Assembly (NCBI GenBank): GCA_963806225.1 | Contig: CAWDXG010000004.1 | Coordinates: forward strand, 3,584,001 to 3,648,000 | DNA: 64,000 nt | Origin: an uncultured delta proteobacterium | GTDB taxonomy: Bacteria > Myxococcota_A > Polyangia > Polyangiales > Polyangiaceae | Direction of reading: 5' to 3' | Shown here: piece by piece, positions 8,250 through 16,674 of the stretch | Layout of the letters: each line of letters begins with the position of its first letter | Numbering within the stretch: position 1 is the first letter of the stretch | The notes under the pieces: generated by a model | The model's input: the letters and a program-made list of their open reading frames with translations, nothing else | Database searches by the model: none | Told to the model about the DNA's origin: nothing | Position numbers and translations under genes: made by a program

Positions 8250-9108
8250 CGAGCGCCGGAATCGCGCCGCGTGCCATGCGGAAGTATTCAACGTCCGACT
8301 CGACGCCGACCGCTTCATAGCCGACGGCTGCGGCAGCAGCGAGCGTGGAGCCCGAGCCCGCGAACGGATCCAGCACCACGCCGCTTCCGAGCGGCAGCGC
8401 GGCGCGCACGACCTGCCTGAGGAAAGCCTGCGGCTTGAGGCTAGGGTGCGCCGCGAGCGCTCGCTCCGCCGCGCGCGTCGGATGCGACTGGATCACGTCG
8501 CCGAAGGGCTTGTCGTCCGAGATGCGCCGGAGCGCTCCAGTCCCCCAGCGGCGCAGGTTGTCCTGCACACGACCCTCGAACGGCTTGCGGTACAGAAGCC
8601 ACGGTTCCCACATCGAGCGCGGCATCACGCTCACGTCGGGGAAGTCGCGGTGCGCGTTCTTGGGACGATCCCCTCCGCGCATGGTCATGACCAGCCGCAC
8701 GATCTCGCCCCGGCGTTCGAGCCCCGCCTCGGCTAGCGCCGCGCTGACCAGGTACGAGAGCAACGGATTGGAGGCGACCAGCACGTGCGCGCCGGGGACC
8801 AGTACAGGTGACAGGGCTACCGCCCAGTCACGGAAGAACGCACCAAGCCGCTCGCGGTCGCGCGGACGGAGCGTGGTGAAGCGCGGCAGCGGCGAGCGCC
8901 GGTGCCCGTCGTACGAGGGCGGGATGCGCCACACGCCGCCCCGGCCGCGGCGCAGCTTGTCCTGCTGTTCGGGGTGATACTCGACCAGGCCATAGGGAGG
9001 ATCGGTGACCACCGCGTGCACGGAGGTCTTCGGCTGCTTCGCGAGCCAGTCGATGCAATCGGCATGATAGAGCCGCACGCTTTCGTAGTTGTACGGGGCG
9101 CGGGCCAT
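8215..9108 (-). CDS. N4/N6 DNA methyltransferase (beta-class motif order), orphan
   Basis: VVTDPPY near the N-terminus, HPSLKP and VLDPFAGSGST near the C-terminus. Start taken at ATG 9108 (MARAPYNYESVRLYHADC). Confidence 0.88.
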   Translation of the reverse strand: MARAPYNYESVRLYHADCIDWLAKQPKTSVHAVVTDPPYGLVEYHPEQQDKLRRGRGGVWRIPPSYDGHRRSPLPRFTTLRPRDRERLGAFFRDWAVALSPVLVPGAHVLVASNPLLSYLVSAALAEAGLERRGEIVRLVMTMRGGDRPKNAHRDFPDVSVMPRSMWEPWLLYRKPFEGRVQDNLRRWGTGALRRISDDKPFGDVIQSHPTRAAERALAAHPSLKPQAFLRQVVRAALPLGSGVVLDPFAGSGSTLAAAAAVGYEAVGVESDVEYFRMARGAIPALARLEIPRGPAP

Positions 9109-9112
9109 GCCG

Positions 9113-10327
9113 TCAGCCGGAGACGGCCAGGCGCTTCCAGTCGGAGAGCACCTCGAGCAGGCGTCCGATGTCGTCGGCGTTGTTGTACAGGTGGCTGGAA
9201 ACGCGCACGCCACCGACGCCGGACGTGTAGCGAACCGAGACGAGCACCTGCGCCGAGAGCAGCCGTTCCATGAGCGCAACGTTCGCCGCCGCGTCGCCGA
9301 CGCTGAAGGTGACGATCCCCGAGCGGTGCTCCGGTGCGCGCGGCGTGACCACGTCGATACCGAGCCGGTCGAGCCCCTCGACGAGCTGGTCGGTCAGCGC
9401 GCGGACGTGTTCGGCGATAGCGGCAGTGCCGGCGTCACGGATGAGCTGGATCGACGCACCCAGCGCGATCGCACCCGGATAGTTCGCGGTGCCGCCGATC
9501 TCCCAGGCGCGCGCTTCCCGCGTGAAGGCGTAGTCCCGAACCGGCGTGATGGACGGCGTCTGGAAGTACTCGCCCCAGCCCCCCTCGGGCGGCTCGACCG
9601 CGAGATAGCCGGCGAGCGGCTCACGGAGCTCGCTCTGCCGCTCGCGGCAGAGATACGCGAAACCGCACCCGAACGGCGAATTGAGCCATTTGTGCCCGCC
9701 GCACAAGAGCAGGTCGATCGGTGTGCGCCCCACGTCGATCGGCATCGCGCCCAGCTGCTGGATCGCATCGACCACGAACCATACGCCGCGCTCGCGGCAG
9801 AGCGCGCCGATGGCGTCGAGATCCGCACGGAAACCGTTCGACCACTGCACGGAGCTCAGCACCAGCACCCGCGTGCGCGGCCCCATCAGCGGCGCGAGCT
9901 GATCGACGCCGACAGTTCCGCCCTCATGGCGCGCTACGTCGATGCCGATCCCCCGCCGCTCCGCGAGCTGGACCCACGGCACGCCCACCTGCATGAACTC
10001 GAGGTCACACAGGAGCACGCGGTCGCCGTCGGACAGGGGCAGCGACTGGGCGGCGATCGAAAAGCCGTGGGTCGTGCTCTCGACCAGCGCGATCTCGTCA
10101 TCGCTCGCGCCGATCAGCGCGGCAGCCTGGGGACGCGCTGCGCTGCGGAGCTCGTCCATCGCGATGTGGTGCAGCGTGCTCGAAGCCGATGGGCAGTACA
10201 GGGTGCGGTCGAGGAAGGCCCGGACCGCATCCGTCGCGGCCCGCGGCGCAAGACTCACGCAGGCCGCATCCAGAAACGTCCGATCGGCGAGGGCCGGGAA
10301 CTGTTGACGGATACCGGCAGGTAGCAT
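9113..10327 (-). CDS. PLP-dependent class V aminotransferase-family enzyme
   Basis: FLDAA, VESTTHG, VVDAIQQLG, GGHKWL (PLP lysine), VRVSSHLYN. No desulfurase catalytic-Cys loop near the C-terminus. Confidence 0.88.
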   Translation of the reverse strand: MLPAGIRQQFPALADRTFLDAACVSLAPRAATDAVRAFLDRTLYCPSASSTLHHIAMDELRSAARPQAAALIGASDDEIALVESTTHGFSIAAQSLPLSDGDRVLLCDLEFMQVGVPWVQLAERRGIGIDVARHEGGTVGVDQLAPLMGPRTRVLVLSSVQWSNGFRADLDAIGALCRERGVWFVVDAIQQLGAMPIDVGRTPIDLLLCGGHKWLNSPFGCGFAYLCRERQSELREPLAGYLAVEPPEGGWGEYFQTPSITPVRDYAFTREARAWEIGGTANYPGAIALGASIQLIRDAGTAAIAEHVRALTDQLVEGLDRLGIDVVTPRAPEHRSGIVTFSVGDAAANVALMERLLSAQVLVSVRYTSGVGGVRVSSHLYNNADDIGRLLEVLSDWKRLAVSG

Positions 10328-10433
10328 GACGGGGCCGAGGCTAGACCACTGTGGGCCCGGACCGAACCCGGAGCGGGCGATAATCGTCCCGCCGGACTCG
10401 TCCAGCCCCGGGCGAGAGGCTAGGATAGGCGGG

Positions 10434-11135
10434 ATGCAGGCGGTGATCCTGGCTGGCGGCCTGGCAACGCGGATGCGTCCGCTCACCAAGGACACGCCGA
10501 AGGCCATGCTGGAAGTGGCGGGGCGACCGTTCATCGCCTGGCAGCTCGAGCAACTGGCGCGGTACGGCTACTCCCGGGTGCTCTTGTGCCTGGGGTACCT
10601 GGGCGAGCAGGTGCGCGGTTTCGTGCGCGACGGCGCACACTTCGATCTCGAGGTCGAGTACACGTTCGACGGGCCGCGTCTGCTAGGCACCGGGGGCGCG
10701 CTGCGCCGATCGGTCGAGCGCCTGGAGCCGCTGTTCCTGGTCACCTATGGCGACAGCTACCTGCCCTTCGACTACGCGGGACCCCTCCGCGATCTCGAGG
10801 CGCACCCCGACGCCCTCGCCACGATGAGTGTGTTCGAGAACGCGGGGCGCTGGGATGCGAGCAATACCCAGGTTGAAGGCGACCGCGTGGTCCGCTACGA
10901 GAAGGGCTCGGACGACCCAGCGCTCCGTCACATCGACTACGGCGCCACGGCACTCCGACGGGAAGCGTTGACGCGACTGCCTCCGGACACTTCGGTGGGG
11001 CTCGATTCGCTGCAGTCGGATCTGGCCCGCGAAGGCCGCTTGCGGAGCTACGAAGCCCATGAAAGGTTCTACGAGATCGGCTCCGAGGAAGGCCTCCGCG
11101 AGCTCGAGCTCTATCTGTCGAGGACACACGGTTGA
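10434..11135 (+). CDS. hddC: Sugar-phosphate nucleotidyltransferase, HddC-like (heptose-1-P guanylyltransferase)
   Basis: MQAVILAGGLATRMRP, PKAM, LGTGGAL, VTYGDSY, FYEIGS. Overlaps the hddA-like kinase by 4 nt. Confidence 0.75.
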   Translation: MQAVILAGGLATRMRPLTKDTPKAMLEVAGRPFIAWQLEQLARYGYSRVLLCLGYLGEQVRGFVRDGAHFDLEVEYTFDGPRLLGTGGALRRSVERLEPLFLVTYGDSYLPFDYAGPLRDLEAHPDALATMSVFENAGRWDASNTQVEGDRVVRYEKGSDDPALRHIDYGATALRREALTRLPPDTSVGLDSLQSDLAREGRLRSYEAHERFYEIGSEEGLRELELYLSRTHG

Positions 11136-12127
11136 TCATCTCACGCGCGCCGGTGCGCTTCTCCCTGGGCGGGGGCGGCACCGATCTCCCCAGCTACTAC
11201 GAACAATTCGGCGGCTTTCTCGTCAGCGCTGCGATCGACAGCTACATCTACGTCACCGCGAACAAGCGCTTCTACGACGACATCCGCCTCGCGTACTCCG
11301 AGACCGAGATCGTCCCGAACGTCGATTCGATCCGCCACCGCATCTTCCGCGAAGCGCTTCGCATGACGGATATCGGTCACGGCATCGAGCTCGCCAGCGT
11401 CGCGGATCTGCCCTCGAACAGCGGCCTCGGCTCGTCCAGCAGCTTCACCGTTGCTCTGCTCAACGCGCTGCACACCTACAAGCGCGAGTTCGTCTCGTCG
11501 AAGCAGCTCGCCGAGGAAGCCTGCGAGCTCGAGATGGTGCGGCTCGGCGAGCCCATCGGCAAACAGGACCAGTACATTGCCGCATACGGCAACGTGACAG
11601 CCTTCACCTTCGACGAGGACGGCACCGTCCACGTCGAGCCGGTGCCCGCGCGTGACGAGGTGCTGGACGAGCTGCAGAACAACCTGCTCATCATGTACTC
11701 GGGCATCGAGCGACCTGCGAATGTGGTCCTGAGCGAGCAGGGCAAGCGCGTCAAGAAGGCGGACAGCGCGACGGTGGAAGGGATGCACCGCATCAAGGAG
11801 ATCGGGCACGAGGTGTACCGGCTCCTGGTGGACGGCAACACCGATCGCTACGGCGAGCTGCTCCACGAGCACTGGATGCGCAAGCGCAAGCTCGCGAGCA
11901 AGATGACGGACGCTCGAATCGACGACTACTACGAGAGCGCGCGCAAGGCCGGCGCCATCGGCGGCAAGCTGATGGGTGCGGGCGGGGGCGGTTTTTTCAT
12001 GTTCTACACGCGGCCCGCGGACAAGCGTCGCGTCTACGAAGCGATGACCAAACGCGGGCTCAAGCCCCTACGCTTCCGCTTCGACCTTGACGGCGCGCGG
12101 ATAGTGGCGAACCTGCACCGGAGCTGA
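11132..12127 (+). CDS. hddA: GHMP kinase, D-glycero-alpha-D-manno-heptose-7-phosphate kinase
   Basis: RAPVRFSLGGGGTDLPSYY, PSNSGLGSSSS, IGKQDQY, KLMGAGGGGF. TTG start. Confidence 0.88.
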   Translation: MIISRAPVRFSLGGGGTDLPSYYEQFGGFLVSAAIDSYIYVTANKRFYDDIRLAYSETEIVPNVDSIRHRIFREALRMTDIGHGIELASVADLPSNSGLGSSSSFTVALLNALHTYKREFVSSKQLAEEACELEMVRLGEPIGKQDQYIAAYGNVTAFTFDEDGTVHVEPVPARDEVLDELQNNLLIMYSGIERPANVVLSEQGKRVKKADSATVEGMHRIKEIGHEVYRLLVDGNTDRYGELLHEHWMRKRKLASKMTDARIDDYYESARKAGAIGGKLMGAGGGGFFMFYTRPADKRRVYEAMTKRGLKPLRFRFDLDGARIVANLHRS

Positions 12128-12264
12128 CGGGCCAAGCGCCGCGCCGGCGGGGAGCCGAAGCCATCCCGAGGCGAGGTCGGCAGACCCACCCGTCGCGCTG
12201 CAAGTCCCATCGCCATGAACCAGCGCTGCACGTTGCCCGGACCGCGCTCGGCCGCAGGTGGGCG

Positions 12265-13845
12265 GTGAGTCGCTCGCACGTCAGGATGCCCCGGTCGCCG
12301 GCCGGGCCGCACAACCCGTGGCTGATCGCGGTGGTCGTGTCGCTGGCGACGTTCATGGAGGTGCTGGACACCAGCATCGCGAACGTCTCGCTGCGCCACA
12401 TCGCTGGCAACCTGTCGGTCAGCTACGACGAATCGACGTGGGTGCTGACCAGCTACCTGATCGCCAACGCCATCATCCTTCCAATCAGCGGCTGGCTTGC
12501 GGGGGTGTTCGGCCGCAAGCGCTTCTATCTCGGCTGCGTCGCGCTGTTCACGGCGAGCTCGTTCTGCTGCGGCCTCGCCCCGTCGCTCGGGTGGTTGGTG
12601 GTGTTCCGGGTGATCCAGGGCCTGGGCGGTGGAGGGCTCGCGCCGTCGGCGCTTTCCATGCTGCGCGACAGCTTTCCCGAGGAAAAGACAGGGATGGTCT
12701 ACGCGCTGTACGGCGTCGTGGTAGTCGCCGCGCCTGCTCTCGGGCCGACCCTCGGCGGATACCTCACGGACGCCTACTCCTGGCACTGGGTGTTCTTGAT
12801 CAATGTCCCGGTCGGCATCATCGCGCTCACGCTCAGCGGCATGCTGTTGGTGGAGCCCGAGATCGAACGGCGCGAGCGCGAGGCGCGTTGGGCCCGGGGG
12901 CTGCGTATCGACTATGCCGGGTTCCTGCTGGTCGCCGTCGGACTCGGCGCACTGCAGATCGTGCTCGACAAGGGGGAGCGCGACGACTGGTTCAACTCCA
13001 CGTTCATCGTCGTGATGAGTGCAATCGCGGTGACCTCGCTCATCGCCCTGGTGATCCGCGAGCTGTCGATCGAGGAACCGATCGTCGACCTGCCGCTGCT
13101 CAGGAACAGGAATTTCCTCGCCGCCAACCTGGTGCGGTTCGGCACGTTCGTGGCACTGCTCGGCACGACGCAGCTCATCCCGGAGCTCGTCCAGACACAG
13201 CTCGGCTACACCGCCATGCAGGCCGGCCTGGTGATCACACCCGGCGCTTTCGTGGTCATCGCCATGATGCCGATGGTGGGCAAGGCCGTGAACAGGATCC
13301 AGCCCCGATACATGATCGCGGCGGGCCTGGTACTGGAAGCGCTCGCGCTCTTCCACATGAGCGGATTCAACACGGAGATGGGCTTCTGGCACGTGGCCTG
13401 GGCCCGCTGCTTCCAGGCCGCGGGTCTGGGCCTGCTGATCGTCCCGATCACCAGCGTGGCCTACATCGGCATCGCCGGAAACAAGTCGAACAACGCCTCG
13501 GCCTTGATCAACCTGTCGCGCAACATCGGCGGTTCGTTCGGCATCGCGCTGGCGCAGACCTGGCTCGCACGCCGCACGCTGTTCCACCAGTCGCGCCTCG
13601 GCTCCCACCTGACGCGCGAAAATCCGCGGCTCCAGCAGATGCTGGAGCACGCCGCCGACCGCTTCGTGGCAGCCGGCAGCAGCGTCGTGGAAGCCAACCG
13701 GCAGGCTCTCGCTGCGCTGCACGGCATCGTGCTTCGGCAGGCACGGATGATCGCATTCAACGACGTGTTCTACGTCATGGCCATCGGCTGCCTCGTGACG
13801 CTGCCCCTGGTCCTGCTGCTGAAGCGGGCCAGACCGGGACACTGA
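12265..13845 (+). CDS. DHA2-family (EmrB/QacA) MFS efflux permease
   Basis: LATFMEVLDTSIANV, WVLTSYL, GRKR, RVIQGLGGG, WHWVFLINVPVG, LDKGERDDWF. Confidence 0.92.
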   Translation: MSRSHVRMPRSPAGPHNPWLIAVVVSLATFMEVLDTSIANVSLRHIAGNLSVSYDESTWVLTSYLIANAIILPISGWLAGVFGRKRFYLGCVALFTASSFCCGLAPSLGWLVVFRVIQGLGGGGLAPSALSMLRDSFPEEKTGMVYALYGVVVVAAPALGPTLGGYLTDAYSWHWVFLINVPVGIIALTLSGMLLVEPEIERREREARWARGLRIDYAGFLLVAVGLGALQIVLDKGERDDWFNSTFIVVMSAIAVTSLIALVIRELSIEEPIVDLPLLRNRNFLAANLVRFGTFVALLGTTQLIPELVQTQLGYTAMQAGLVITPGAFVVIAMMPMVGKAVNRIQPRYMIAAGLVLEALALFHMSGFNTEMGFWHVAWARCFQAAGLGLLIVPITSVAYIGIAGNKSNNASALINLSRNIGGSFGIALAQTWLARRTLFHQSRLGSHLTRENPRLQQMLEHAADRFVAAGSSVVEANRQALAALHGIVLRQARMIAFNDVFYVMAIGCLVTLPLVLLLKRARPGH

Positions 13846-13900
13846 CGGGTCGCGAGCGCACTCGGCGACGTGATACCGTCGGCACGGAGGAGCGCAAAGC

Positions 13901-14620
13901 ATGAAGGGAACCGGCGCAGCCGCATGCCTGACGGCAGCGGCGCTCTTGGCAGGGTGCTCGACAAACTACGTTCCTCGGAGCCCCGCGCGGCTCTCGATCG
14001 TGATGCAGGGCGGCAACATCGCCTATCAGCGGGATGGCCGGGTCTACCCCGACACGCTCGGCGGCGGCCTGGTCGAGGCCGTGACCGACGATCGGGAAGC
14101 CAGGGAAGCGGCCGAAACGTACTTCCACCGGAACGTCGGCGGCCTGGTGGCAACCGGGGTCGGCGTCCTCTGCCTGATCGGCGGGGTGAGCGCACTCGCA
14201 GTGAACCAGCCGCCGAGCTCGGAGCGCCAGGGACTGGCCGGTGGCGCACTCATCTGCGCGCTGGCCGGGGAGATCACCGGACTGGTGCTGCTGACGACAG
14301 CGCAACCGTACCAGTTAGACGCGATCAACATCTACAACGACCACGCCGAAGAACGCCTGCGCGCGCCTCGCTACGTGTACCCGCCGCCGGGCTTTGCGCC
14401 GCCAGGGCCTCCGCTTTCGCCACCCCCCGGCGCCCCGCCCGCCCCGGGCTCGGCTCCGCCCGCGGCTCCAGCCCCGCCGGCGTCTGCGCCGCCCGCGGGT
14501 TCATCCGCGCCGGCGGGTTCGTCCGTCCCCGCGCCCGGAACGTCAGCGGCAGCGCCGGGTGTCGGTGCGGCGGCGCCGGCAAGCTCGGCGTCGCTGCCGC
14601 CCGCTCCAGCAAGGCCGTAG
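13901..14620 (+). CDS. Putative lipoprotein with Pro/Ala-rich tail
   Basis: Lipobox LLAGC, two further hydrophobic segments, low-complexity C-terminus. Confidence 0.7.
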   Translation: MKGTGAAACLTAAALLAGCSTNYVPRSPARLSIVMQGGNIAYQRDGRVYPDTLGGGLVEAVTDDREAREAAETYFHRNVGGLVATGVGVLCLIGGVSALAVNQPPSSERQGLAGGALICALAGEITGLVLLTTAQPYQLDAINIYNDHAEERLRAPRYVYPPPGFAPPGPPLSPPPGAPPAPGSAPPAAPAPPASAPPAGSSAPAGSSVPAPGTSAAAPGVGAAAPASSASLPPAPARP

Positions 14621-16521
14621 CTCCCGCGCGGTTCCGGCGCGCCAGCGCGCTTCTTCTGCCGCCGGCGCCACCAGAGCGGAATACCGATCACGCAGCACAG
14701 AGTGAACAGGAAGATCGGGATGGAGAGCTTCAGCGTGCGCGGGAAGTACGAGAACACGATCGTGCTCGAGCCGCCCGCGCTGACGCGCGCCGCCACGGCG
14801 TGGTCGTAGTCGAGCGCGGGCTTGCCGTTGGCGCGCCAGCTCGGGTTGAAGTTCATGTTGTAGACGACGAGCGCGCCGGGCGTCGCGTCCTTGACCTCTA
14901 CCGTGACGCGGTTCGGCGACCAACTCGTCACCTTCGCCGTCCCCTTGCCTTCTTCGACGTACGCGCGCCCCTTGTAGTCGGGGCTCTCCTTGGCGATGGC
15001 TCCTATGCCGTGGAAGTTCGGGTCGAGCCCGTAGCACTTGATGACGCCCTTGTTGGCGAACATGCTGAGCAGGATCGGCGGCGCCCAGTCGCGCCGGACG
15101 TATTGGGTAGCCGGGTTCTCGTGCTGCTCGAAGATGTCGGCCCGCGCGATGTGCTCCGGCTTCTCCATCCAGAACGCCTGGGCGAAGGGACGATGGGAAA
15201 CCGTCGCCAGGTCCACGGCGAAGTACACCACCGGGATCAAGAGCAGCAGATCGATCCACGCGTGGTAGCGGATGCGAGGATCGAGGAAGCGAGCGAACCA
15301 GGCCACGAAGCAGAGCCCCAGGAGCAGCACCGCCGGGTACAGGAAACGCGACGGCACGTGCTGCGACGCGAACAGCGGCAGCTTGTGGAGCAGCGGCCAG
15401 GGCGCGTGCTTGTTGAACGAGCCGAGCCCCATCAGAACGTACAAAAGGCCGATGATCTTGAAGGCGTGCTCGCGCGGGCCGCGCGCGAACAGGACGCCGA
15501 GCACCAACGCAACGACACCGGCAACGCCTATGTAGATGCCCCACTCGTGCCAGCCGTAGGCCGGCACGCGGATCGGCCGCGACGAGTAGCTCTGCGAGTG
15601 GTCGGTGAGCATCACGATCAGCTCTTTGAGACCGATCGTCTCGGTGGACTCGATCAGCCGCGGCGCGCGTTCGAGCGCGTCGAAAACGGCGAAGAGCTTC
15701 GGCGCGGAGAGCCCCAGCGAGGTCGCGCCGGCCACGGCGACGGTGGCGATCGGGCGCAGGCGCCGCGAGAAGATCGCCAGCAGCACCGCGTAGATGCCAA
15801 GCGCCAGCGCCGTCTGCGGCAGCGGATAGATCGCGCCCAGGTAGACCATGCCCGCCAGGACGGCGCCGGCGTACGTCGCGTTCCTGAACCGCCCCGGCTC
15901 CTGCGCCCGATCGAAGAACAGGAACACCCAGGGCACCCAGCCGTACTTCAGGTGCCAGGTGTGCCCTACCGCCGCCTGCAGCGCCCAGCGGCCGTTGAGC
16001 ACGTACAGGATCGCGAGGAAGCTGCTGAGCGCGATGCTGCGCGTGAAGCGGCGCGCCAGGAGGTACGTTCCACACAGACCGACGAGCGCGCCGCCCAGCA
16101 CTTCCAGCCGGATGCCGGTGCGGACGTCGAACAGGAGATAGATGGGTAGGTAGGGCGAGATGAAATTGGTGGCGCCCTCGAAGTGTCCCCACGCGGGATA
16201 ACCGCCGCATAGCCACGGATGCCACCACGGCGCCTGCCCGTACTTCTTGATGCTGAGCGGCGTGATGTAGCGGAACGCCGTCTCCACGTCCCAGTCGTGG
16301 AAGCCGTACGTGTGCCAGTTGGCCAGCATCGGCGCGAGGATGCCGATGGTGGTGCCGATCATCAGGGCCACCGCGAGCACCGTCGCGAGCAGCCGGAAGC
16401 CCGCGCCCGGCTGCTGCCAGGCGTCGGCCATGCGCCGCCTCAGGCGGGCAAGCCGGCCCTCTTCGGCGCTCTCTGCCTGGGCGGCAGGCCCGGAAGCGTG
16501 CCGTCGGCGGGGGCTCGACAT
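14371..16521 (-). CDS. Polytopic membrane protein, YfhO-like/GT-C-fold putative glycosyltransferase
   Basis: 716 aa. HDWD loop after TM1, PWWHPWLCGGYP, many TMs, a periplasmic domain with NFNPSWRANG, then a final TM and basic residues. Confidence 0.72.
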   Translation of the reverse strand: MSSPRRRHASGPAAQAESAEEGRLARLRRRMADAWQQPGAGFRLLATVLAVALMIGTTIGILAPMLANWHTYGFHDWDVETAFRYITPLSIKKYGQAPWWHPWLCGGYPAWGHFEGATNFISPYLPIYLLFDVRTGIRLEVLGGALVGLCGTYLLARRFTRSIALSSFLAILYVLNGRWALQAAVGHTWHLKYGWVPWVFLFFDRAQEPGRFRNATYAGAVLAGMVYLGAIYPLPQTALALGIYAVLLAIFSRRLRPIATVAVAGATSLGLSAPKLFAVFDALERAPRLIESTETIGLKELIVMLTDHSQSYSSRPIRVPAYGWHEWGIYIGVAGVVALVLGVLFARGPREHAFKIIGLLYVLMGLGSFNKHAPWPLLHKLPLFASQHVPSRFLYPAVLLLGLCFVAWFARFLDPRIRYHAWIDLLLLIPVVYFAVDLATVSHRPFAQAFWMEKPEHIARADIFEQHENPATQYVRRDWAPPILLSMFANKGVIKCYGLDPNFHGIGAIAKESPDYKGRAYVEEGKGTAKVTSWSPNRVTVEVKDATPGALVVYNMNFNPSWRANGKPALDYDHAVAARVSAGGSSTIVFSYFPRTLKLSIPIFLFTLCCVIGIPLWWRRRQKKRAGAPEPRGSYGLAGAGGSDAELAGAAAPTPGAAADVPGAGTDEPAGADEPAGGADAGGAGAAGGAEPGAGGAPGGGESGGPGGAKPGGGYT

Positions 16522-16674
16522 CGGCGACCGGTCTAGAACAAGGCGGGGAGAGCCGCAACAACCCCCGGGGCGGCGGACCGGGCGGAAGCCGCCGCCCGCT
16601 AGCCGCAGACGCCCGGCTCGACCTCTGACCTGGCGGCCAGGCGCCGGTCGATTCGCTGGCCCCGCCGCGGCCGA

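Noticed and set aside
9113..10327. Ergothioneine pathway (EgtE-like enzyme plus FGE-domain EgtB)
   Set aside because: The FGE proteins are exported and lack the DinB-like metal-binding domain, no EgtD/EgtC was recognised, and the genes are 19 kb apart.
12265..13845. MFS pump as exporter for the lipid operon product
   Set aside because: It is 7.5 kb away and separated by unrelated genes on both strands. Nothing in the sequence links them.
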